A stretch of DNA of 58,809 nucleotides, filler included, from Squatina squatina (Eukaryota): assembly GCA_031763465.1 (NCBI GenBank). It is 2 parts of 2 records of this genome, joined end to end, with 100 filler letters (N's around TTAATTAATTAA, not from the genome) between each part and the next. Parts side by side here need not be neighbours in the genome. Positions count along the whole stretch, not along the records: positions 1 to 28,606 come from JARFOE010000115.1; positions 28,707 to 58,809 come from JARFOE010000016.1. One strand, written 5' to 3'. The notes beneath the pieces were generated by a model. It did not search any database. It was given only the letters and a program-made list of their open reading frames with translations, and had not been told where the DNA came from. This document shows positions 25,140-37,739 of this stretch, in pieces. Within the stretch, counting starts at the first letter, position 1. Each line of letters begins with the position of its first letter. The translations under genes and the position numbers were made by a program.

Positions 25140-25560
25140 GCCCCTGTTTCCAGTGACAGAAGGGTCAATAACCAGAGGGCACAGATTTAAAGTGATTGGT
25201 AAAAGGAGGTGACGTGAGGAAAGAGTTACGCAACGAGTCGTTCGGATTTGGAAAGGGTGGTGGATGCAGATTCAATAGTAGCCTTCAAAAGGGAATTGGA
25301 TAAACACTTGAAGGGAAAGAAATTGTAATGATACGGGCAAAGAGNNNNNNNNNNNNNNNNNNNNNNNNNNNNNNNNNNNNNNNNNNNNNNNNNNNNNNNN
25401 NNNNNNNNNNNNNNNNNNNNNNNNNNNNNNNNNNNNNNNNNNNNAAGGAAAATAATGGCAGGGCGGCGGAGAAAGGGCGGGGCAGTGGGACTTGCGGAGA
25501 GCCGGCATCGGCTCGACAGGCCAAATGGTCGCCTTTCGTGCTGTAACCATTCTACGATTC
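25140..25560 (+). mobile_element. CR1 3' fragments (span a gap)
   Basis: LFPVTEGSITRGHRFKVIGKR; ttcaaaagggaattggataaacacttgaaggg; tail accattctacgattc. Confidence 0.8.
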
Positions 25561-25860
25561 CAGCATGTGTTTTAGGTGTTTTTTGGGCTATGGGATAATT
25601 AATTCCACAACAGCATTATCCTTTGAGTTAAGATGTTGAATCTGACTTTTCTTATTCCTAACGCCCTAGTGTTCACCTTGTGCCCCCTTCTATTTGAATT
25701 CGGCACCACAGTGGACAAGGAACGATCGTGCTGCCCAAAGTGACCTGGAACAGTAGCACTTGCACTGAGAGTTTAGATCTTCTGCCCTGCACATCCCCCT
25801 CCTCGTAAGCACTGGAACACAAAAACGACGAGACCAAGTCCGATATCACAATGGAGTATT

Positions 25861-25866
25861 TTTATT
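25861..25866 (-). promoter_or_regulatory. Candidate polyadenylation signal (AATAAA) of DACT2
   Basis: tttatt on + strand, about 235 nt downstream of the DACT2 stop, after an AT-rich UTR-like stretch on the same contig. Confidence 0.5.
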
Positions 25867-26099
25867 CATATTATCACAACAGTTGAAATAGGAACATTAA
25901 TTATTATACACAATAAAAAGACAAGTTGGATAAGGTTGAGCCCATGTAGTCACTTGTAGAAGGACCCCTGCCCAAACACAAGGGTCATTTGCAGTTCACG
26001 ACCGGACGCCGCTCTCTTTTTAAAAGGTAATTTCTTTTGTTTCCCGGGACAACAGTGCCCAGCGTGCTGTCTCCCTGGGATACGCCTGGGTTCACGCCC

Positions 26100-26438
26100 C
26101 TAAACCATGGTCATAACCTTTAAGGCCTCGGGTTGGAATCTCCGGATCTTTTTCTTCAGCGCTTTCGACGCCTTTACGCGGCAAATCCTGGCCTCGGAGC
26201 GGCGGCTGCGGCCCACTGCCGATGGCGACTCGGCCGAACCCGAGCCCCGAGGCCAAACGAGGAGGCTCCCGTCCGCCTGGTCCGCACTCGGGCTGTCTTC
26301 ACTCCCGCTCCCCTCGCCGTCACCGAAGCAATTGGCCGTGTGGTCGCTGAGCTCGTCCCCGCTGCTCTCGGCGATGGTAGAGTGGAAGAGCGAGGCGCAT
26401 TCGGCCGAGTACTCTGACTGGTCCGACTCACTCCGGGC
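26100..26438 (-). CDS. DACT2: Dapper homolog 2, C-terminal part of the last exon (5' part lost in a gap)
   Basis: Manual translation: ARSESDQSEYSAECASLFHSTIAESSGDELSDHTANCFGDGEGSGSEDSPSADQADGSLLVWPRGSGSAESPSAVGRSRRSEARICRVKASKALKKKIRRFQPEALKVMTMV*. SEYSAECxSLFHST, NCFGD and KASKALKKKIRRFQPxALKVMTMV (PDZ-binding end) are Dact2 hallmarks. TAG stop at 26100-26102. Confidence 0.93.
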   Translation of the reverse strand, partial: ARSESDQSEYSAECASLFHSTIAESSGDELSDHTANCFGDGEGSGSEDSPSADQADGSLLVWPRGSGSAESPSAVGRSRRSEARICRVKASKALKKKIRRFQPEALKVMTMV

Positions 26439-28606
26439 GNNNNNNNNNNNNNNNNNNNNNNNNNNNNNNNNNNNNNNNNNNNNNNNNNNNNNNNNNNNNN
26501 NNNNNNNNNNNNNNNNNNNNNNNNNNNNNNNNNNNNNNNGTGACTGAACGCATTTTCATCCTAATCTGTACAGCTAAGCACACGGGGAAACACATTTGCT
26601 GAGTATTCAAGACAGCTTTATGTTTTAAAAAAAAAACTACATCTATCTCTTTTTGTAGATAAAACTACCCAATGAGAAGGAAGAGAGGGATCGAGTTACC
26701 TTCTGGATTGACAGAGTCTGAAGTGATTTATTTTTGGTGTGTCTGTTTACAGTTTCGCAATGACCCGAATCCACTTCAAAAACTGCCTAATGCGCAGCCA
26801 AAGCATCTCTAAGTCTAGACTTTCTTGATTAATGGCAGCAGGTCACAAGGCCTGTCCTGAAGAGATACAGCGGTCATTGATAATTTAGTACGTCACAAAG
26901 ATCTCATTTCAGTCAATTCAGGAAAAACAAAGACATTAATCGTGATTATGTGATGCAAGTATTCGGTTTCCTATAATTATAGCTTTCAGAATGTGCTGAG
27001 GGAGAGAGAGAGCGAGAGAGAGAGCGACAGCGAGCATACAGCAGTTAAAAACTGATACAAGGAAGATGAAAGCAAAAAATAATTGTCCGCGTGACCTACG
27101 ACCTCGTCACGCTCCAGGTTCTGAAGAAAATAAGCGTCAATGTTGTGTTTCCTGTCACACATTGATGGCGTCCATCATTTCGCACTGGAATCCTATAGCA
27201 CANNNNNNNNNNNNNNNNNNNNNNNNNNNNNNNNNNNNNNNNNNNNNNNNNNNNNNNNNNNNNNNNNNNNNNNNNNNNNNNNNNNNNNNNNNNNNNNNNN
27301 NNTGAAAGTTGGAGGAGGGATCTGAGTCGTGAGATTGAATTACCATCTGGAATTCTCCAACAGATATCCAAGGGCTTCAGCTACTCTGTAAAATAAATAG
27401 TGCAAATTAGAATTTAAATTTGTTAAACAGTGCATGAAACATAAGACACAGAGAAAATAAACCCTTGGTACATTACGTGAAGACTAATCTAATCATTTTT
27501 AACAACCGGTAAGTTATGACCAAATTGTATTGAGACATTGGGATGTTTTGGAGGGTGAATTATTGAAGATTTTACCATCCTTATTAGAACAGAAAAGAAC
27601 CATGCTGTCAGGCTCCTCCACACCAACGAAGCTATGATTTTCTGCGTTATCTTCCATTTTCTGCATGATTTACATCCTCACAAATAAGGTTAGACAGATC
27701 AAGGGCAGAACACACATCTGCATATTACTTTTTATTATCAAGCGTTTTAATGTCAAGTTTTTTTTTAAAATCAATTTTGTTTTGGAACATAGTCAGTTTA
27801 AGTCAATCAGAGTATGCACACAGCAATGTGGCAGCGGGATATAGGGTCCTTCAATACAACAGTACATTCTAACATTTGGTCTATTGTCTATGAGCAGTAA
27901 CGTGCAATAATCAAAGCTTCACCCAATACAGTATCCTTTTCAATCGATTACAAACATCAGTGGGCTGTTTGTTCTGACCCCACTGTATTTAATGCAAAAT
28001 AGATTTTAAGGCACAGAAACAATGTAGTTATACATCAACCTTTCACAACACCAGCCCAGCATCAGGCAGGAGTAACACCCACAGCAGTTTGCAAGTTTTT
28101 TTTCCTCAAAAAAACATGTATATAGTTAATACTGTATTGCTTTAAAGACTCTTAGCATTTAAAAAGTAATTTTATTTTACTCGAATTGTTGAGGAGGGAA
28201 ATTGAGGTTTAGATAGTAATAGCAATGCCCAATTTTCTCCCTCCCCATCCACCTGAGGCAGGGGAAGGATGTTCTTTGAAGTAGGTGAACAGGTGATGAA
28301 AAACAAGGAGCCATTATAAATACGTGGATTCTGATTGGAGTGGGGTCGGTGGGCCAAATGACATTTCCTCACTCCAACTTTATGTTCCCATGCAGTAGAA
28401 GGATGCATTATTGCCCACCTGGCAGTCAACAGTGTCTGGCTAGAAGGGGAGAATCTAAAGGGGTGCTGGGAATTTCCTGTGGTGGCGGGAAGGGAAGAAA
28501 TGGTATTAGAATCTTACCAAAAAAGCCTATTAAGTTGCTATCACACGCCTTCTCACTTGTGGTTAAGTACAGCATTAGCATTAGGTTAGAAATCAGACTG
28601 CCGATC

Positions 28607-28706
28607 NNNNNNNNNNNNNNNNNNNNNNNNNNNNNNNNNNNNNNNNNNNNTTAATTAATTAANNNNNNNNNNNNNNNNNNNNNNNNNNNNNNNNNNNNNN
28701 NNNNNN
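28607..28706. other. Assembly gap containing artificial spacer TTAATTAATTAA (28651-28662)
   Basis: Exactly 44 N + 12 nt + 44 N = 100. The 12-mer is palindromic with stops in all six frames. Confidence 0.9.
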
Positions 28707-29002
28707 ATTCTCCGAGGTGAGGCCTGTGTCCACGCTGAAAAAAGCAGGAGTTGTCACCGCCCGTTTAGCGCCCAAAGAATTGAATGTAATTCTGGACGGG
28801 CGGCAATTTTGGGCGGCGCGTGCAATGTTGATGTCACAGCGCCACTTTCAGGCTAGCGCCTCAATTGTTATGGGCTTTGCACCCGATTTGCACCAGCGCA
28901 AACGGGACCTGAATTTTGTGCCCCCGTTTTAGCGCCAAAAGTGGCTTCACGCCAGTTTTGCGCCGCTTTCTCGCAAGAAGTTTTACCACAAATTGGCTGC
29001 CC
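28707..29002. mobile_element. GC-rich Harbinger-like element, right end
   Basis: ttagcgcc motifs; terminates aaattggctgccc (reverse complement gggcagccaattt). Confidence 0.55.
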
Positions 29003-30934
29003 GCAATCTTTTTCCCAAGTAGTACCACCTAATACTATGAACTGTAATGCCCTTATCATCAATCAGCTAATTCAATAGAGAAGAGGGCTCAAACTGCAGA
29101 GGTTTAGAAATTCACGCCACAGAAGCAGACTATTCAGTCCCTTGTCTCTGTGTCAGCACTTTGCTGGGGAAAGCCCAAAGTCATTACCCCACAGTTCCCT
29201 TCTAGTCCTTCACCCTCCTCCACTTCAAATATTTAGCCAATATCTCTGCCAAAGACTTGAAAGAATTTGCGATTCTATTGTGTCTTTCATGACCTCAGGA
29301 CGTCCCTAAGTACATTTACACCCAATGAAACACAGTCACTGATGTAAATTAGGATGCAATTGTCTCTGCCTCAACAGTCCAAGCTCCAACAAGCATGGTG
29401 TTGCCTTGGGGTCACAGTGAGCGTTTGAGCAGAATTCGCAAAATTACCCTTTACAACTAATTCCTAGTTTCCTACGACTTGGTTTGCAATCTCAGTGCCA
29501 TTCTGTTCTTTGCTCGGTGCGATCCAAATTCTTTCAGTAGCTGAAAGAGCAGTGGTATATCTGGCTGAGGCATTTTGTTCAAATATCTGCTACATGACTG
29601 AAAGCGAAACGTCACTCTTTGGAAAGCCCTCGGTGCTGGCTGCTGGCATTCGAAAAACGCACTTTAAAACATTAGGAATGGCACCTGTGCCCCTTTGTGA
29701 GCTCTCCAACCCTGTCCTCACATGGACAGCTGATGCAGTGGAATAGCTTTCAGCGTGCGTGAGTGAGGCTGCTGGATATATATATATATAGGCTGTTTTT
29801 TGCAGATGAGCAACCGCACCATCACTTAGCATCTGAAAAAAATAGAGACGGCTGGTTCTATTATGCTTGCCACAAACAATAAACCTTGAGATGCAGTTCA
29901 AGGGCACTTGCCTTTGGTAAATGACTTTAGAATTGAAGAGGACANNNNNNNNNNNNNNNNNNNNNNNNNNNNNNNNNNNNNNNNNNNNNNNNNNNNNNNN
30001 NNNNNNNNNNNNNNNNNNNNNNNNNNNNNNNNNNNNNNNNNNNNTGTCCTGAGGTATTGAAAGGCACTATATAAATGGAAGTCTTTCTTTTCTAGCATTT
30101 TGGAGTTGCTGTGGATTTACAAACACCTGCCAATTGACAGTGAAACTGTTAACCTCTAATTGACCTCAGGGTCTGCCTACCTACAATAATTAGGCCTTGA
30201 GCCTTAAATGGATAGGCTAATTTGAATACAGCTTCACCTTAGCAGCAGAATAATAAATGTCCCACTGTACTCTCAGTGCAACTTCTACCGACTTATATTC
30301 AGGGCCACCTGTGAACTGTCAGTTTTGTCGCGGGGTGGTTCAGTAATGGCTGGTCAGCTTTTTGCCAGTTTTCTAGGTTACTGTGAGGAAGCAAGGAGGA
30401 GAGAAGGCAAAAGTTCCAAAAATAAGAGTTGTCTTCTGTGGCTGATTGACTGACATCGCCGTTCAGTAACTCCACTGTCGCTCACACTCTCTTAAACCTG
30501 AATCTAATTCGGTATGCTCCTGCGTGATAGATGGTTACTTAATACACGTCAGTTAGAGGCCTATAATTGTTGTATCATGCTTCAGATACAACATTTTATT
30601 CCTTAAATGACTGATAATTTGGGGCTTCTATGCAGGAGTTGACAAGTGACAGCGTTAAAGCAGCTTAATTTACTGACTTTGAATGAAGTAATTCTTCTGT
30701 CAGACCTACACTGTACATGACGATCATCACAGCATTATCTAAAAGCCTTGAATTTTAAAGGGGACTTATCGGGTTTTTTTTGAGGCGTGTGTAAAAATTC
30801 TTGGTGAAGTGGAAAAACAGAGAGATTTAGGGGTGCAGAAACACAGACCATTGTACGCCACAAAAGAGCAGATATAATTCCGGCTTTTATGCCTGCTTGC
30901 ACTGAATATAAAAGAAAGCAGGTGAGATCATTTA

Positions 30935-31050
30935 AGACTTGCATTTATAGAGTGCCTTTCACAACCTTAGGATGTCCCAAATGCTTTATAGCCAATGAAG
31001 TACTTTTGATGTATAGTCACTCTTGAAATGTAGGAAATGCAGCAGCGACT
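30935..31050 (-). mobile_element. DeuSINE 3' tail
   Basis: aagacttgcatttatag...gccaatgaagtacttttga. Confidence 0.8.
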
Positions 31051-32267
31051 TGTCTAGTATTTTTCAAGGTCAAAAATCTCCCTTCTCCCAATGCCTGCTC
31101 CTCTTTTCGTATCAGCAATGAATGCGATAGCTTGCTTCATGTCTATTTTCGGTCAGTGGTGCTGCCTTCTCCTCTTGGTATTCTGATAAGGGAGAGATAA
31201 GAAAGAGTCAGTATTGTCAGCAGTGTGATTGGTAATATTGTAATTCTATTATTAATAATGTTTTCAAATGTGTTTTTTGGGATAGATAGGATAAATTGAG
31301 ATAAATAGATTTTTGTTAGGCAAGGGTATTAAGGGTTACTGAACCNNNNNNNNNNNNNNNNNNNNNNNNNNNNNNNNNNNNNNNNNNNNNNNNNNNNNNN
31401 NNNNNNNNNNNNNNNNNNNNNNNNNNNNNNNNNNNNNNNNNNNNNCCCCAACATGTGCCATTGCCTTTAGGAGCGAGGGAAATAAATCATCAGGAAGAAT
31501 ATTCCTGATATGAAGAAAATTATGTTGCGCAGGACCCCTACAGATAGGGTGTCTGCTGACATCTCAATAGCAGCACTGGTTATGAATGAACGACCTTGAA
31601 GGTGAAAGCTGGTGTCCTGCTCCACTCCACCTGCCCAGCCCCTGTTTGAAAGATGACCCCATGGTGAGAGTCAATCTTCAACATGGAAATCAGCCGTAAC
31701 ATATGAACTTTCCTCTCTAATCCTCTTTGCGAGTCTATCAGCCAGATTGTGCTGCACTGGGTGCGTGAGAGTGGATAATCAAAGCAAGCATTTAGCAAAA
31801 AAAATTGCAAATCATGAACTGTCCAATTAATATTTTATAAACACAAGAAAATACCTTTGAACCAAATGGAGTAGTGGCAGAGACTATATCCCAGTAGTAC
31901 AATATAATAATCCATGATGCCATGAATACTAAATACTTATTTAGTGGCAGGACTTCGGGGTAGGAGGTAACTGCACGGAATTCATTATTGGTATTTACAA
32001 TATCCCAACTGCTCCTCTCGCCCTGCGTTTGGTTGGTGAAGATTTACAAAACATGCTGCCACATGTTTGATGAGTTATTACAACTGGAAGGAGATTTAAT
32101 CTTCAGTCTTTTTTTTAATATAAGTGGAAAAAACCCACACACGTGAGCTGTTAATGTCAGTTCCTGGCAAAGCCTGGCTCCCGCACCGAGTCCCATTTAC
32201 TTTCTGTCATCTTTCCTCATCGCACATTCTGGCCTAATGCCAGTGTGTAGTGATGTGTGATACCACT

Positions 32268-32490
32268 GAAAGAAAGAAAGACTTGCATTTCTATAGCGCC
32301 TTTCACTCAGGACGTCCCAAAGCGCTTTACAGCCAATGAAGTACTTTTTGAAACGTAATCACTGTTGTAATGTAGGAAACTCGGCAGCCAATTTGCGCAC
32401 AGCAAGCTCCCACAAACAGCAATGTGATAATGACGGGATAATCTGTTATGGTGATAGTGGTGGAGGGATAAATATTGGCCAGGACCCCTG
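32268..32490 (-). mobile_element. DeuSINE 3' half
   Basis: gaaagaaagaaagacttgcatttctatagcgcc...ggcagccaatttgcgcacagcaagctcccacaaacagc. Confidence 0.85.
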
Positions 32491-32639
32491 CTCATCTGCG
32501 AAATTGTAAATTGGTTTATNNNNNNNNNNNNNNNNNNNNNNNNNNNNNNNNNNNNNNNNNNNNNNNNNNNNNNNNNNNNNNNNNNNNNNNNNNNNNNNNN
32601 NNNNNNNNNNNNNNNNNNNGTCAAATCTGTAAACCTCAA

Positions 32640-33088
32640 AATTGGCCATGTGAAACAACTTTTGAATTTAAGTAAAAGACTTTTGCACTTTTTAACACTC
32701 ACTACAACCCCATTAAAAAAAAAAGAAAATCGCGATTTAAATAAATTAAGTTTTTGCGCTCATTATACTGATAAACTTTTTTTCCCAACCAGGTGACACC
32801 ACCAAAAAAACCCGTCGGTGTCACCGCTACTTTTAAAAACCTATCAGTTAACCTGAATTCTCGGGTGGCCGGCCATTTTCAGTGTAGCACACACTGATGA
32901 TGTCATAGACGCCACCTAGTGCTGTATGCCGAGTCTCTGGCGCTGCATGGGCAGCGTCATTTTGTACGTTGCACTGGGCCCCGACGGATTGCCCAGCATG
33001 GCATTTAAGAGCGAAAAATGGCATTCGGGGTCGAATGCCGTTTTAACGACCAAAGAGGACTGGCGGTAACTACCGAATTGGGCACCCC
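32640..33088. mobile_element. Harbinger-like non-autonomous element, right half
   Basis: AT-rich core followed by a CpG-rich subterminal region ending ccgaattgggcaccc. Confidence 0.5.
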
Positions 33089-33144
33089 TATGTTCAATTG
33101 TACTGACACACACAGAGACCAGTGGAAATCCTGGCACCCTTATC

Positions 33145-33805
33145 CACTAGGTTATGTTAAATTCATACAAGGCAATGGTTAGGCCACAGTTAGAATATCG
33201 TGTACAGTTTTCGACGCCCCATATAGGGAAAGGAGATTAAAACCACAGAGAACATTCTTATAGATTCATCTGAATGATGTCAGGGATGAGAAACTACATT
33301 TATGAAACTTGAGATTGAGATTCTTTCCACTGGGAAGGCGAAGAAGGGGTCTGATTGAGATTTTTTTAAATCATGAGGAGTTGGTGAATAGGGTGAATGG
33401 GAAAAGACTGAGGAGTCAGTGACGAGGGCTCATCAATTTCAAACTATCACTAAGAGAAGGGTCAAGGGGTTGGAAGAAATGTATTTATTCAGAGAGTTGT
33501 TGGACCCTGAAGTGCTTTGCCATAGTGTATAGTTGAGGCAGAGACCATTGCATTTTTTGAAGGGAACGCTTGAAGCAGAGGAAGGTGCAGGTATGACGGG
33601 AAGAAAGTGAACCAGTGGGATTAATTTTTCTGGCAAAGATCCAATACAGACATGATGGGCCAAATAGCCTCCTTCTATCTGGTACGATTCTATGAAATAG
33701 CTGCTCAGAAGCTATAGCGGGATATAGAGGCATTGGGGAGGGTGCAAAAAAGTTTTACAAGGATGATACCAGAATTGCGAGGTTACATGTATCAGGAAAA
33801 GGTGA
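33145..33805 (+). mobile_element. Old CR1 3' end plus a younger CR1 fragment (33715-33805)
   Basis: ggttaggccacagttagaatatcgtgtacagttt (VRPQLEY); tail gatgggccaaatagcctccttct...attctatga; gatatagaggcattggggagggtgcaaaaa. Confidence 0.75.
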
Positions 33806-34666
33806 AGACAAAATTCAAAGGGAAACCTCAGTGTTCCTCTAGATTAATCCTCACGTTTCAGGTTCCATCTGCAACAGCACACAGTTTGGTGCACCCGTGC
33901 CTAAAATAAATAATCACACCAGAAATAAACAGAAAGGTATCTTACATGTTCAAAGCCGGCCCAACCTGTGCAGTAATGGGTACATCCAGAGTTACGCAGC
34001 AGGTTGGTTTTTAAAGGCAGCTGTAAGTGTCTCTCACAGTCCAGGCATTCAACATTAGAGATTCTTTTCTCTTACACAGTGTGTTAGGAGGCAGAGAACA
34101 GCAGTGGGGTGGCTCATTGTGCAAGGAATAATAGATTCAGTTACAGAATGAAACCATTTCTGATGGGGCTCCTGATGTTCTAAAGGAATGTTGCTACCCT
34201 GTCTCTCTCATTCACTCTGCCTCCCCTATCACTTATTTCACGAACACTTAGAACCTTTAGAGAGTCCTATTGAATACCAGTATTCCCAGGATACCTGGGC
34301 AGACACCTTTTTGTGCGAATCGATAATCAGAGTGACGCTCATAAGGAAGTATTAATGGTGTCCATCTAGTGAAATAGATTTTTACATTGCCAAGGGCAGA
34401 ATGAAAACACTTGCACCACTTAGCAACAGCCAGAATTCATTGATAATAGCGTTCCAGCTTGTTTTCAANNNNNNNNNNNNNNNNNNNNNNNNNNNNNNNN
34501 NNNNNNNNNNNNNNNNNNNNNNNNNNNNNNNNNNNNNNNNNNNNNNNNNNNNNNNNNNNNNNNNNNNNTGCACAAGCTTTTGGTAGAGATGCCACATATC
34601 ATTCCAGTGAAATCGGTGGATGGGCAGTTGTGACACTGAGAGTTGATTCAATGGAATGGAAGCATT

Positions 34667-35059
34667 AGCCTTGGCTCAGTTAGTAGCACTCTTGCTGTAA
34701 CGGAAGGTTGAGCACATAATCTAGGCTGTCACTCCGGTGTAATATGGTGGGAGTGCTGCACTGTTAGAGATGCCATCTTCCGCATGAGACGTCAAACCAA
34801 GGCCTTGTCTGCCCTCTCAGGCGGACGTGACACGGCATTATTTCAAAGAAGAACAGGGATCTCCTGACCATTATTTATCCCTCAAGCAACATCACTAAAA
34901 CAGATGCTCTGATCATTATCACATGGCTGTTTGTGGGAGTTTGCTATCTGCAAATTGGCTGCCATGTTGCAACAGTGACCACACTTCCAAAGTACTTCAT
35001 TGGCTGTAAAGTACTTTGGGACATCCTGAGATTGTTATATAAATGCAAATACTTTCTTT
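34667..35059 (+). mobile_element. Near full-length SacSINE1-like DeuSINE
   Basis: Head ggctcagttagtagcactct; central gagacgtcaaaccaaggccttgtctgccctctcagg; tail aaagtactttgggacatcctgag...ataaatgcaa. Confidence 0.85.
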
Positions 35060-35574
35060 GTTCTCTCTTTTGTTAGCAATATACAAAGGCCAAGTGAAAT
35101 TTACCAGTGGCTCATGGACCAGTGACTCCTGTTACTGATTCTGATTATTGCAGAGGTCCAATAATTGGAAACTCCTTCCAATTCACTGGTGTTACGCATA
35201 TTGCCCCTGCTCCGTTTTTTTACCCCAACAGAATTATTAAGTCACTCAGCGGATGGAACTGTAGCTCCCTGTGATCTGTACACATTCTGTACATCTTTAG
35301 AAAGTAAAGTGTGCCATTTCAGTAGCTGATCTTTGAATGAACTAAGGATTTTAAACCATGGTTCTCACATGTTAAAGTGATCAGCTCCTAGAGAGATTCC
35401 AGCTTCTCAGTTACCTCACAAATAGAGATTCTAATACTTCTTATTTTAAAAATGTTCAGATTTACAACAAGGGTTAGAAATCCATAATTCTTCCTTCCTC
35501 TTACCCCATTCCAATTGATTCCTCACCGCCCCTCCTGAAGGTGTTGCTTCATGTTTGGATGTGGTTCAGAGGCA

Positions 35575-35724
35575 CTGGTGCTCTCTTCCCAATCTCTTTA
35601 AATTCTCATCCTTGTTTTTAAATCCCTCCATGGCCTTGCCCATCCCTATCTCTGTAACCTTCTCCAGCCCCTCCAGCCCTCCTAGATCGCTGTGTTCCTG
35701 CAATTCTGGTTTCATCTGCACCTC
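35575..35724 (+). mobile_element. L2 LINE 3' fragment
   Basis: tttaaattctcatccttgtttttaaatccctccatggccttgccc (FKILILVFKSLHGLA-type motif); aligns with 45140. Confidence 0.8.
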
Positions 35725-36639
35725 NNNNNNNNNNNNNNNNNNNNNNNNNNNNNNNNNNNNNNNNNNNNNNNNNNNNNNNNNNNNNNNNNNNNNNNNNNNN
35801 NNNNNNNNNNNNNNNNNNNNNNNNCACTTCACCCTCCTGCCCCTCTCTCCTGCAGCAGCTGGTGCTGCTCTGCCTGGCCTCATTAGCTTCAGGAAGTAAT
35901 GAATTAAAAACACTCTCGTGACCTGAGATACCATCACATTCCTCAGGTGACACGAGAAGCATCTGCAAATACTGAGCTACATCTGGGTAAATGTGCTGTA
36001 TGATTCGATGGGCATTGATTCCTCAGTGCTGTACTGGGGGGACATTTTTGCATCTGAAGTTGAATATTGTTAAAAAAAAATTATGAATCAGGAAGGAAAG
36101 TCATGTTCGGGAATGACGTTTGTTGTACGTACCAGAAAATATTGACACTCAAGCATTAAAAAATTTAACACAAAAGTGTATTAAAAGCAGAAATTGGCTA
36201 CTGGTTGACAAACACAAAGCTTATCAAAAGCGAGAGAGACACAGATAGTTAATATTCCACGGAGTTGCTAATTTAAAGATGAAAGTCTACAGTTATGAAG
36301 GAACATGGCGAAGGGCACCCAGTGTTCACAACAGCCAAGCAACAATTTGGTGTTGCCATGGTGACAATGCCTTGTCTTAGATTTAGGAAACGGCTATTGA
36401 GGAGATGATGTCTTGTCGTTCTGTGTGACTGCTTCTTCTGTTTAAGTGTTCCTGAAGCAAAACCTACAACTGACCAGTTGAATTGTGCGGCAGATGTCTG
36501 GTGGCAACAGCTCACATTTTTTGTAACAAAAACATCCACNNNNNNNNNNNNNNNNNNNNNNNNNNNNNNNNNNNNNNNNNNNNNNNNNNNNNNNNNNNNN
36601 NNNNNNNNNNNNNNNNNNNNNNNNNNNNNNNNNNNNNNN

Positions 36640-36775
36640 TTATTGCACTGCTGTTTTTGGGACCTTGCTGTGCACAAATTGGCTGCCGTGTTTCTGACAT
36701 TAGCTTTCGTGACTCCATTTCAAAACAATGTCCTGAGATCATGAAAAGTGTTATATAAATGCAAGTCTTTCCTTT
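36640..36775 (+). mobile_element. DeuSINE 3' part
   Basis: ttgctgtgcacaaattggctgccg...atataaatgcaagtctttc. Confidence 0.75.
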
Positions 36776-37739
36776 TTCCCTTAATATATATCTTTGGTAA
36801 GCACATGGTTTATATGTGTCTTGATAACAGAACTAGCAGTCGAAGATTTTCCTACCTGAAGCCTCGAAGGGAAGGGAATAAACAGCTGGATCCATCAGCC
36901 CGTTAAATTATCTGTAATGTGCTCTTACTCTACACCAGAGACAGCCCACCAAGTATTGTGCAGAAATGCTTATGCAACTAGGAACATACAAATTAGTCCT
37001 GTCGAGATAAAATCAATCAGATTTGGCAGGTACTTTAAATAAAATGCTGCTTCAGGCAATTTTCCTCAACAATGGATTCCTCATCTTCTGTCCAATTATT
37101 TTTTTGTGTGTGTGTTTTATTGCCTCTTATTTTAGTGTCAAACTGCAAAGAGTTCAGCGGTACGGTGGCCCTTTGCAGACACCCCTCATTGTCAATCCCA
37201 CACATTCCAGGGAAAGTTGCTTGTAATGTTTTCCAATGCCTTGACCTACTGCATTGACTCAATGGATGGTATCAAAGGCCTGTTATTCGCATTATTTTTG
37301 ACTGAAGACAGATAGCGAGAGAGATGACATCTCTGATTTGAGTGTTTGATGCCTGCCTGTAATGCAGTCTTATTCAACAAGTAAAGGAGACAGAACTCAA
37401 ATGAGAGAAAAGACATTAGTGGGCTGTGCAATGAGACTTTATCCTATGGAAATTCCTACAGATAATTGGGATGTGTGGTGTTAATGGAGCTTCGACTGCA
37501 TTCCAATTAGCCATGTTCCCCTATAAATGGATTCACTATGACAATTGCGTGAAAAGATCTGGTAAACTTAATCAATAACAACAATAACAAGCCGGAATAA
37601 GACTCAGTTACCTGGATTTCGAGGCTGGGGTTGCCAGAAGGGTAAGAATTGCCAGAGTTGGGGGATCTCAAGTTGTACACCCGCTTAGAAATTGTCATCT
37701 GCCTCCTTACAATAATAGCTCTGGTTAAGGGTCTCAGCA

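Noticed and set aside
26107-26547. Listed ORFs overlapping DACT2 (146, 94 and 85 aa)
   Set aside because: Antisense or alternate frames of a GC-rich exon; the true frame is 26100-26438 on the minus strand.
29810-29850. FFQMLSDG as the DACT GFYELSDG motif
   Set aside because: Flanking residues do not match and there is no suitable splice context.
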